Shown one piece after another: positions 1 through 7,829 of a DNA stretch of 64,000 nucleotides. Origin of the DNA: Thermoplasmatota archaeon (GTDB lineage: Archaea > Thermoplasmatota > Thermoplasmata > UBA10834); contig JBFMHR010000001.1 of NCBI GenBank assembly GCA_040751795.1, positions 192,001-256,000 of the forward strand, written 5' to 3'. The number at the start of each line of letters is the position of its first letter. Position 1 is the stretch's first letter. The position numbers and the translations under genes were made by a program. The notes under the pieces are model-generated. The model searched no databases. It was given only the letters and a program-made list of their open reading frames with translations, and had not been told where the DNA came from.

Positions 1-297
1 GGCATCCTCGTACTCATCGCGGGAGGCCTCGGCCTGATTGATGCTGTGCTGGTGGTCGGGATCGAGGTGGAATTGGACATCGTAGACACGGATACGATGA
101 TCTGTACCGTGATGATATTCCTGTTCGCTCTCATGGCGATAATGGGAGGGATAATGGCGGTGATGAGACTGCATTTCCCCCTCGCTGTGATCGGCGCGGT
201 CTCTGGAATACTGGCATTCGGGTGCGCCCTGGGATTGGTCCTGTCCGCAATCGGCCTCATAATGATAATCGCCATGAAGAGGGAGTTCGCACGCTGA
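1..297 (+). CDS. Hypothetical membrane protein, 5'-truncated by window edge
   Basis: Frame is open from position 1; several hydrophobic Gly-rich helices; ends KREFAR-stop. Confidence 0.65.
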   Translation, partial: GILVLIAGGLGLIDAVLVVGIEVELDIVDTDTMICTVMIFLFALMAIMGGIMAVMRLHFPLAVIGAVSGILAFGCALGLVLSAIGLIMIIAMKREFAR

Positions 298-343
298 TCC
301 GAAGTTGGCGCAACAGATATCCGTCCGCTCCCTCATCCTCACG

Positions 344-751
344 ATGATGGATTCTGCATGGGAGCATGAGCCGACAGAGGATGAGTGGAGGATGAGGCTC
401 TCGCGAGATCGATACCAGATACTCAGGATGAGGGGGACGGAGAGGCCATTCACGGGCGAGCTGCTGCATAACAGGGAGAAGGGTGTCTATGTCTGCGGCG
501 GGTGCGGCGCGGAGCTGTTCAGGTCAGATGACAAGTTCGACTCGGGCAGCGGGTGGCCCAGCTTCTTCGCCCCCATCGACGAGGGCCTCATAGAGGAGAG
601 GCGCGACATCTCGCACGGGATGGCCAGGACGGAGATAGTCTGCAAGAGGTGCGGCGGCCACCTCGGCCACCTGTTCGACGACGGGCCGAGGCCCACCGGC
701 CTCAGGTACTGCGTGAACTCGCTCTCGCTGGACTTCAAGAAGAGTGGCTGA
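344..751 (+). CDS. msrB: Peptide methionine-R-sulfoxide reductase
   Basis: GTERPF, two CxxC Zn motifs, SGWPSF, GHLGHLF-DGP, RYCVNS; ATG at 344 preferred over TTG 305. Confidence 0.95.
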   Translation: MMDSAWEHEPTEDEWRMRLSRDRYQILRMRGTERPFTGELLHNREKGVYVCGGCGAELFRSDDKFDSGSGWPSFFAPIDEGLIEERRDISHGMARTEIVCKRCGGHLGHLFDDGPRPTGLRYCVNSLSLDFKKSG

Positions 752-784
752 GAAGGGGTTTCGTCCGGAAGGGGGTCGCCCTGC

Positions 785-2275
785 CTATCCCGGCGGCGAG
801 GACGTCCCGAGCTTCAGGAACTCCTCCTCGTCCTTGAGGGCCTGCTCGAAGATCTCGAACCCCTTCTCGAGCTGCGCCTTGGAAATGCACAGCGGAGGGG
901 CGATCCTGAACACGTTGCCGTAGAAGCCGGAGGTGATCGTCATGAGGCCGGCCCTCCAGCACTTGCCCTGGATGTTGGTCGCCTCGTGCGGCTCCTTCGT
1001 GTACTGGTTCTTGACGAGCTCGACCCCTATCATGAGGCCCCTGCCCCTGACGTCGCCGATGATCTCCCTGCGCTGCTGTATCTCCTTCAGCAGCTTCATG
1101 GCGTAGTCGCCGAGCTTCGCGGCCCTGTCCGCCAGGTTCTCCTCTAAGATCGCCTGGACGTGGGCGAGGCCCGCCGCCATGGTGATGGCGTTGCCCCCGA
1201 AGGTCGACGAGTGGGACCCGGGCCTCCACTTCCTCATGATGTCGTGCTTGGCGATTATGGCGCCGAGGGGGACGCCGCCTCCCAGGGCCTTGCCGAGCAC
1301 CAGTATGTCCGGGACGGTGTTGAAGTGCTCGCAGGCGAACATCTTGCCCGTCCTCGCGAACCCCGTCTGGACCTCGTCCATGACCAGGAGGGCGCCCTGG
1401 CTGTCGCAGATCTTCCTGAGCCTCGGGAGGAACTCCTTCGGCGGGACGACGTATCCGCCCTCGCCCTGGATGGGCTCGACGAATATCGATGCGATCTGGT
1501 TGCTCGTGCCGCCCATGGTGAGGACCTGGTTCTCGAGGTAGTCCATGCACCACATGCCGCACTCGGGGTAGCTCTGCTTGAACGAGCACCTGTAGCAGTA
1601 TGCGAACGGGGTGAAGACGATGCCGGGCGACATCGGGCCGTAGCTGTACCTCAGCTTGAGCTTGCTCGTGAGGGCGAGGCCGGCGCCGACCCTCCCGTGG
1701 TAAGAGCCGAAGAAGGCGACGTGCTCGTTCCTCTTGGTGTGGTACCGCGAGAGCTTGAACGCCGCCTCGACCGCCTCGGCGCCGCTGTTGCCGAAGAACG
1801 TGCCCTTGAGCGCCTTGTTCGGCGAGATGTCGGAGAGCAGCTTGGCGAAGTGCGCCTCCTTGTCGAAGTATGCGTCGTTCGCCATGGAGTGGATGAGCTT
1901 CGCAGCCTGGTCCTGGATCGCCTTGGAGACCTTGTAGTGGGTCCACCCGGCGTTCTGGACCGCGATGCCGGACGAGAAGTCCAGGAGGACGTTGCTGTCC
2001 GCGTCCATCACCGCCGCGCCGGACGCCTTCTCTATCGTGAACGTGAAGCACCTGTCGTACGCGTACGACACGTAGTCCCTGTCGATCTTGATGATCTCCT
2101 TGCTCTTCGGCCCGGGCGCCCTGACGACTATCTTGGGGGCGTCCCTCGCCCACGGGGCGACCCAGTCCGGGAGCGGGAACTCCTCCTCGACCGGCTTGGC
2201 CTTCTCCTCTCCCTCGATAGGCTTCACCTGCTTCATCGGCTCTGCGACCGACTCGTTCTCCACCATCTCACTCAT
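785..2275 (-). CDS. Class III PLP aminotransferase (4-aminobutyrate/diamine/acetylornithine aminotransferase family)
   Basis: NSGAEAVEAA, EPIQGEGG, DEVQTGF, PLP lysine in LGKALGGG, STFGGN, VRGRGLMIG. Confidence 0.92.
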   Translation of the reverse strand: MSEMVENESVAEPMKQVKPIEGEEKAKPVEEEFPLPDWVAPWARDAPKIVVRAPGPKSKEIIKIDRDYVSYAYDRCFTFTIEKASGAAVMDADSNVLLDFSSGIAVQNAGWTHYKVSKAIQDQAAKLIHSMANDAYFDKEAHFAKLLSDISPNKALKGTFFGNSGAEAVEAAFKLSRYHTKRNEHVAFFGSYHGRVGAGLALTSKLKLRYSYGPMSPGIVFTPFAYCYRCSFKQSYPECGMWCMDYLENQVLTMGGTSNQIASIFVEPIQGEGGYVVPPKEFLPRLRKICDSQGALLVMDEVQTGFARTGKMFACEHFNTVPDILVLGKALGGGVPLGAIIAKHDIMRKWRPGSHSSTFGGNAITMAAGLAHVQAILEENLADRAAKLGDYAMKLLKEIQQRREIIGDVRGRGLMIGVELVKNQYTKEPHEATNIQGKCWRAGLMTITSGFYGNVFRIAPPLCISKAQLEKGFEIFEQALKDEEEFLKLGTSSPPG

Positions 2276-2279
2276 CCCC

Positions 2280-2717
2280 TCACTCCTCCCTGGAGGGTCC
2301 GTACTTCAAGGCTCCCGGCTTGCACACGCTCACGCACTTGGGCTCCCCGAGGCAGAGGTCGCACATGTAGGCCGTCTCAATCCCGAACTCCCCCTCGAAG
2401 AACACCGCCTCGTTCGGGCACCTCGGAATGCACGCCATGCAGGCGAAGCACCTGTGCTCGTCGAGGGTCCAGTGCCTCTTGTCGTCGTGGAACTCCAGGA
2501 GCGCGGACGGGCAGACCTCGCTGGGCGGGCACGTCTCGCAGTGCAGGCACATGACGACCTTGTGCTTGTCGCCCTCCTTGCTCACCTTGATCCTCGACCT
2601 GCCCGTGGCTACGCTGGACCTGTGCGAGTCGACGCAGGCCTTCTCGCACTCCAAGCAGCCGTTGCACCTGTCGGGGTCGAAGACGACCCCGAACCTCTTC
2701 TTAGCAGAGCCCATCAC
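2280..2717 (-). CDS. Polyferredoxin-type 4Fe-4S protein (AorA/DmsB/HycB-like electron-transfer subunit)
   Basis: Four Cys clusters CNGCLECEKAC, CLHCETCPPSEVCP, CFACMACIPRCP, CDLCLGEPKCVSVC; RBS GAGGAGG. Confidence 0.9.
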   Translation of the reverse strand: MMGSAKKRFGVVFDPDRCNGCLECEKACVDSHRSSVATGRSRIKVSKEGDKHKVVMCLHCETCPPSEVCPSALLEFHDDKRHWTLDEHRCFACMACIPRCPNEAVFFEGEFGIETAYMCDLCLGEPKCVSVCKPGALKYGPSREE

Positions 2718-2926
2718 AGTTCCTCCTCAGTCGCCACACCGCCCCGCAAATGTCGTGGTGTGCCGTGCCAGGGGGACTTCCATCCTGCACTTTTGGGTAA
2801 GCCGCTGATACCATATATATTCTTGGAGAGCGGGGTATTTGTAGGTTGCCTCTGTGCTAATCTCGGCCATACTTTGTGAAAGATTTTCAATCTAACCGGG
2901 CTATATGTTGAAAACTTCGCAAACGG

Positions 2927-2996
2927 CCCCTCCCCGTCGACCGCCTTTCGACGTAAGCAAAAGAGGCGGTGAAAAGGGGTCGAAAGGAGGGGTTTT
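2927..2996. other. Long imperfect stem-loop in the AOR-ferredoxin intergenic region (terminator/processing element or sRNA)
   Basis: CCCCTCC..GGAGGGG, TCGACC..GGTCGA and CCTTTCGAC..GTCGAAAGG complementarities; TTTT follows on + strand. Confidence 0.5.
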
Positions 2997-3116
2997 ATCC
3001 GACATGACCGATATTAACAGGAGGGGGAGCCCGGGGTAGCCGTACCTCGTCGCAGCGCTGTCGGAGGCCGACTTATGCCCCGAGGCGCTGTACATCAGGG
3101 CACAGTTCTCGGCACG

Positions 3117-4973
3117 TCACCGCAGGCCCGGCACCTTGGCGGCTATGTCGGCGAGGCCCGCCTCCTGCAGCGTGGCCTTCGTCGGCCTGCCCTCCGCGTC
3201 CCAGCCCCAGAGGTCGTAGTACTCCGACAGCATCCTCTCGAAGGAGCCCTTCGGGACGGACTTGCCAGCGGTCTTCCCCGTGGTCAGGGGCTCGCTCGTC
3301 ATGCGGTCCGGCATCGTGTCGTCCTTCCTCGAGAAGCCCTCCCTGACGTTGAAGGCCCGGGTCAGGTTCCAGATCCTGCGGCCGACCTTCCTCAGGTGCT
3401 CCTCGCCCGACTGCGCGCCGGTGACGGCGGTGTAGTACTTCGCCATGTTGGGGAAGTTCACCCCGTAGAAGTCGCAGAATATGAAGCTCCACTTCACACT
3501 CGTCCTCGTCTGGTCCTCGACGCATGTGGCCGCCTTGCCCTCGGGGTTCCACGGGTCGGCCGACCCGTAGGCGTCGCCCGCGACGGGCCACGCCCTGAGG
3601 TGGCACGCTCCCCTGTCCGACGTGGCGTAGGCCAAGGCCATCCCTATCGTCCCCCGCGGGTCGTAGGCGGGGTACTCCAGGCCCTTGACGTGCATGACCA
3701 GCCCGTCGGCGCCCTTCCCGATCCTCCTCCCCGCGCGCAGGGCGCCGTCCGCCAGGAGGTCTCCGATGCCCTCCCTCTTGGCCATGATGGCGGGCATCTT
3801 CGCGTATGCGTCCTCGTTCCCGAACCTGAGGTCGAGGCCGTTGACGTCCTCCTTGGACAGGACGCCCTTCTCGTACAGGTCCATGGCGAGGGCGACCGCG
3901 TTCCCCGCGGATATGGAGTCCAGGCCGTGCCTGTCGCACTCCTCGACGAACCTGATGACCGCCTCGACGTCCTTGATCCCGCAGTTGGAGCCGCACAGGC
4001 CGAGCGTCTCGTACTCCGGCCCCTCCGTCGCCGCGCCGCTGAAAGCGCCGGCCTTCACCTTGGACCAGCTGCCGCAGGCGATGGCGCAGTCGAAGCAGGC
4101 CTTCTTGCGCACGAGGACCCTGGCCTTGATCGACTCGGAGTTGATGCCGTCGTGGCCCTCGAAGACTCCGTCGTGCCAGTTCCTCGTCGGCAGTATCCCG
4201 GCGTCGTTGCTCATCTCCACGAGGATGGGCGTCCCGTCGGTGATCATCCCCGCGTGGTCCGGGTTGCCCGTGACGTCGGTCTTGATCATCTCCTTGGTCA
4301 TCGCCAGGAGCGAGGCCATGTCGGGGACCTCCACGCCCATGGTCCCCCTCGCAGCGACCGCCTTCAGGTTCTTCGCCCCGAACGCGGCTCCGGTCCCGCC
4401 CCTCCCGGCGTTCCTGGTGAGGTCGTTCGTCACGCTTGAGATCAGGCTCAGCCTCTCCCCAGCCACCCCGATGGAGGCGACCCGCGCCATCTTCTCGCCG
4501 GTCTCCTTCCTTATGGCCTCCTCGGTGTGGTAGGTGTCCTTGCCCCAGACGTTCTTCGCGTCCCTTATCTCGGCCTTGCCGTCGTTGAGCCAGAGGTAGA
4601 CCGGCTTCTTCGCCTTGCCCTTGATGATGACCCCGTCGAACCCGGCGTACTTCATCTCCGGCCCGAAGAAGCCCCCGGCGTAGCTGTCGAGGAAGGTCCC
4701 CGTGAGGGGCGACTTCGTCACTATCACATACCTGCTGGTGAGGGGTACGAGGGTCCCCACGAGGGGCCCGGTCCAGATGGACAGGACGTTCTCGGGCGAC
4801 ATCGGGTCGGTCCCCGGCTTGAGCTCGTCGAAGAGGTACCTCGCGCCGAGGCCCTTCCCGCCGATGAACTGCTTGGCCCATTCCCTGTTCAGCGGTTCCG
4901 TCGACGCCCTCTCGGAGGAGAGGTCGACCCTCAGGACCTTGCCGACGTAGCCGTCCGCCGCCATCTCAGTCAC
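3117..4973 (-). CDS. aor: Aldehyde:ferredoxin oxidoreductase family (tungstopterin) catalytic subunit
   Basis: LRVDLS, FIGGKGLG, KSPLTG, AGRGGTGA-GAKNLKA, CFDCAIAC, EGPEYET, GLDSIS, RGACH. Confidence 0.95.
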   Translation of the reverse strand: MTEMAADGYVGKVLRVDLSSERASTEPLNREWAKQFIGGKGLGARYLFDELKPGTDPMSPENVLSIWTGPLVGTLVPLTSRYVIVTKSPLTGTFLDSYAGGFFGPEMKYAGFDGVIIKGKAKKPVYLWLNDGKAEIRDAKNVWGKDTYHTEEAIRKETGEKMARVASIGVAGERLSLISSVTNDLTRNAGRGGTGAAFGAKNLKAVAARGTMGVEVPDMASLLAMTKEMIKTDVTGNPDHAGMITDGTPILVEMSNDAGILPTRNWHDGVFEGHDGINSESIKARVLVRKKACFDCAIACGSWSKVKAGAFSGAATEGPEYETLGLCGSNCGIKDVEAVIRFVEECDRHGLDSISAGNAVALAMDLYEKGVLSKEDVNGLDLRFGNEDAYAKMPAIMAKREGIGDLLADGALRAGRRIGKGADGLVMHVKGLEYPAYDPRGTIGMALAYATSDRGACHLRAWPVAGDAYGSADPWNPEGKAATCVEDQTRTSVKWSFIFCDFYGVNFPNMAKYYTAVTGAQSGEEHLRKVGRRIWNLTRAFNVREGFSRKDDTMPDRMTSEPLTTGKTAGKSVPKGSFERMLSEYYDLWGWDAEGRPTKATLQEAGLADIAAKVPGLR

Positions 4974-5376
4974 CCCACTTGAGCACGCCCTTGGGGCAGA
5001 CGGAGACGCACTGCGGGTCGCCGCTGCACAGGTCGCACTTGATCGAGTAGGAGCCGCTCGGGTCGAGCCAGCAGCCGTTGTACGGGCAGACGTCCACGCA
5101 GGCGCCGCAGGCCGTGCACGTCTCCCTGTCCACGTAGTATATGTCGAGCTTCTCGTTCAGCTTGATGGCCTCGACGGGGCACGCCTCAACGCAGGGGTGC
5201 TCGTCGCAGTGGATGCAGTGGTTGATCCTGAACTCGCCTGGCTCCGGGAACACGTCCTCGACGTTGATCCTCGACTCGCTCGGGTTGAACTTCCCCACGT
5301 GGGACCCGGAACAAACGAGCATACACATCTGACAGCCGGTGCACTTCTCAAGGTCTGCTTTCAGGCCTTTGCTCAT
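4966..5376 (-). CDS. 4Fe-4S polyferredoxin subunit of the AOR (AorA-like)
   Basis: Four Cys clusters; overlaps aor start; ATG 5376 with RBS GGAGG. Confidence 0.92.
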   Translation of the reverse strand: MSKGLKADLEKCTGCQMCMLVCSGSHVGKFNPSESRINVEDVFPEPGEFRINHCIHCDEHPCVEACPVEAIKLNEKLDIYYVDRETCTACGACVDVCPYNGCWLDPSGSYSIKCDLCSGDPQCVSVCPKGVLKWGD

Positions 5377-5530
5377 CGGTGTATTCCTCCTAAGACTGCG
5401 AGCGTCCGACCAGAGCCCCGCGACACACGCCATCCGCCGGTACGCGGCTCCGTCGACGGACCTCCCACCATGCGCCTAGCCCAACTCGGACAGGCTCGGG
5501 GTGTTAATGTCCGAGGCGTATTTAGTAGTT

Positions 5531-5628
5531 GCCGGTTTCTGGCGCGAGCCAGTCCGCAAATCGTTCGGAGGCACCGGGAGGCTGGCCCGCCCCGGACGAT
5601 ATGCTCCGAAGAGCACTTCGTACGGCTG
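5531..5628 (-). ncRNA. Candidate structured RNA (multibranch) upstream of the aor operon
   Basis: Four consecutive hairpins including GUGCUC-UUCG-GAGCAU, closed by GCCG..CGGC; no known family recognised. Confidence 0.4.
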
Positions 5629-5725
5629 GGAAAAGCGATAATGGGATTTCTATATTATACGACCCATTTATTACGGCGGGCCCTCAAAAGGTAGTTATAC
5701 GGTCTAGTGTCGTAACGCGGGTGTC

Positions 5726-6481
5726 ATGATCGCCGAGGGCACGAGGCTGATGTTGGTCGACGAGGAAGGCCGCAAGTTCCCCGTCGTCGCGAAGAAGGGC
5801 ATGCTCGAGGTGCGCAAGCTCGGCGTCATCGACGGCGACAGGCTCTGCTCCTCGTCCTTCGGCGACAGGATGGAGGTCGGGGGCCGCAGGTTCACCGTCC
5901 TCAGGCCGAGCGTGAGGGACCTCCTCTCGATGATCGAGAGGAGGGCGCAGATCATCTCGCCCAAGGACAGCTTCCTCATACCGCTGCACCTCGACCTCTC
6001 CTCGGGGAGCAGGGTCGTGGAGGGCGGCGTCGGCTCCGGGGCGCTGACCCTCGTGCTCCTCAAGGCCGTGGCGCCCGAGGGGAGGGTCACGTCCTACGAG
6101 CTGAGGGAGGACCACGCCGATGTCGCCCGCAGGAACGTCGAGATGTCCGGCCTCGGGTCCTGCTGGGAGCTCAGGATCGGCGACGTCTGCACCGCGGAGC
6201 TGCCCGAGGGCGTCGACGCGGTGGCACTGGACATGCCGAACCCGTGGGACGCGCTCAAGAACGCCGTCAGAGCGCTTAGGCCTGGCGGGCACATATGCTG
6301 CTACGTCCCGAACGCGAACCAGCTGGAGCAGTCGGTGAGGGCGATGAGGGACGCGGGCCTCGGCGATGTCTATTCCTTCGAGACCATCCAGAGGGAGATG
6401 GTTGTCCACGATGGCGGCGTGCGGCCCAGCTTCGAGACGCTCGGGCACACGGGGTACCTGGTCTTCGGAAGGAAGGTCTGA
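5726..6481 (+). CDS. trmI: tRNA (adenine-57/58-N1)-methyltransferase, GCD14 family
   Basis: RRAQIISPKD, EGGVGSGALT, LDMPNPW, VRP-LGHTGYL. Confidence 0.93.
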   Translation: MIAEGTRLMLVDEEGRKFPVVAKKGMLEVRKLGVIDGDRLCSSSFGDRMEVGGRRFTVLRPSVRDLLSMIERRAQIISPKDSFLIPLHLDLSSGSRVVEGGVGSGALTLVLLKAVAPEGRVTSYELREDHADVARRNVEMSGLGSCWELRIGDVCTAELPEGVDAVALDMPNPWDALKNAVRALRPGGHICCYVPNANQLEQSVRAMRDAGLGDVYSFETIQREMVVHDGGVRPSFETLGHTGYLVFGRKV

Positions 6482-6561
6482 CGCCCCGCCTCGCGCCTGC
6501 CGACCTCCGCAGGGGAAACAAGAAGGTGAGGGCGTGAGCCCCCACCAATGGTTTGCGGCCG

Positions 6562-7281
6562 TCAGGGCTCCGGCTCGTACACGTTCGCGACGGCTGTCCA
6601 TTCTCCCCAGTCGGCTGGGAGCGTGGCCACGACGCCGTTCCCGTACAGGCAGATGTGGTCGATCGCCAGCTGGCCGTACACGGACCACCCGCCCCAGGCC
6701 GGGCCTGTGGCGCTGAACCTCAACACGAGGTTGCTGGCGCCCAGGTAGACGTCGCATATGCCGTCGTAGTACGAGGTCATGTCGATCTGTTCGAGGTGCC
6801 AGCACTCCGGTGAGTCCACCTGCGGGACCTCGTCGACGTAGCTGAACACCTCCACCCAGCCTTCCGCGCCCGGGACATACAGCTTGAAGCTGTCGTCCCC
6901 GAGGCCGTCCAGGTGATAGAACTCGATCATCCTCACGGAGCCGCCGAACGCGACGGTCAAGGTCGCGTCCGCGCCGTTCGGGTCCGGCACCCCCTCGAAC
7001 TGGTCGTACCACACCACGCGGGCCTGCTCCGACGCCCCGAGGGCGTCGTAGTTGCCCCAGTCCCCGCCGCTCGTCCCAGGCTGCGGCGGACCCCAGCCCA
7101 CCATCTCGAGGACCATCGACTCGTCGTCGACCATGTCCACATATGCCAGCAACACCCCCGCCCTCGCACTCGACGGCGATGTGACGGAGAAGGCCGCCAC
7201 CAGCGCGAATGCGATCGCGAGGACGGGGACGACTGCCCTCAGCCGGCCGTCTGCGCGAATTCCTTTCATCCTCTCGTTCAT
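6562..7281 (-). CDS. Secreted hypothetical protein
   Basis: N-terminal signal peptide (basic, hydrophobic, ARA cleavage), acidic Trp/Tyr-rich mature part; RBS GAGGTG before ATG 7281. Confidence 0.7.
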   Translation of the reverse strand: MNERMKGIRADGRLRAVVPVLAIAFALVAAFSVTSPSSARAGVLLAYVDMVDDESMVLEMVGWGPPQPGTSGGDWGNYDALGASEQARVVWYDQFEGVPDPNGADATLTVAFGGSVRMIEFYHLDGLGDDSFKLYVPGAEGWVEVFSYVDEVPQVDSPECWHLEQIDMTSYYDGICDVYLGASNLVLRFSATGPAWGGWSVYGQLAIDHICLYGNGVVATLPADWGEWTAVANVYEPEP

Positions 7282-7581
7282 CTCATCCACCTCTCTGACC
7301 TTTGCTCGTCCCGCCTCGGCCTTGTCCGGCCGGGCGGGGGCGGAAAATGAGAAGCAATCGCTGGCGAAAGAGACCATTGGCGTGCGCTCGCGCACGCCGT
7401 ACCACCTCTCATCGTTCAGGCTCCTCCGATCCCATCAGGGACTCCACCCGATTCGACAATGACGCGACGCTATAAAAGGAGTCATCAGACGACGGTGCCT
7501 CCCAGGGAGGGGCTGCGCGCGCGCGATGGCTCCCTTAACTTCAAGTACACGCTAGCGTAATGCCGTGACGGTGAGGCATCG

Positions 7582-7821
7582 ATGGTTGTTGCTGAGGTCA
7601 GGGTCGAGCTGAAGAAGGGCGTCGCCGACCCTGAGGGCAAGAACACCCTCAAAGCGCTCGAGCTGCTGGGCTTCGAAGGCGTCAGGGACGTCAAGACCGT
7701 CAAGGTGTTCGAGATCGAGATGGTCGGCAGCGCGGGGGAGGCGCAGGCCAAGGTCCAGGAGATGTGCGAGAGGCTCCTCGCCAACCCAGTCATACACAAC
7801 TTCTCGGTAAAGATGAAGTGA
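7582..7821 (+). CDS. purS: FGAM synthase subunit PurS
   Basis: LKKGVADPEG, CERLLANPVI. Confidence 0.96.
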   Translation: MVVAEVRVELKKGVADPEGKNTLKALELLGFEGVRDVKTVKVFEIEMVGSAGEAQAKVQEMCERLLANPVIHNFSVKMK

Positions 7822-7829
7822 GTGACAGC

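Noticed and set aside
344-751. Selenoprotein form of MsrB
   Set aside because: Catalytic residue is Cys (TGC); no in-frame TGA
2901-3095. 64-aa minus-strand ORF in the aor-Fd2 gap
   Set aside because: No RBS or recognisable motif, and it runs through the hairpin and inverted repeat; non-coding explanation preferred
2744-5560. Shared CCGCAAAT octamer in both ferredoxin leaders
   Set aside because: Only 8 bp in two copies; cannot be told from chance without statistics
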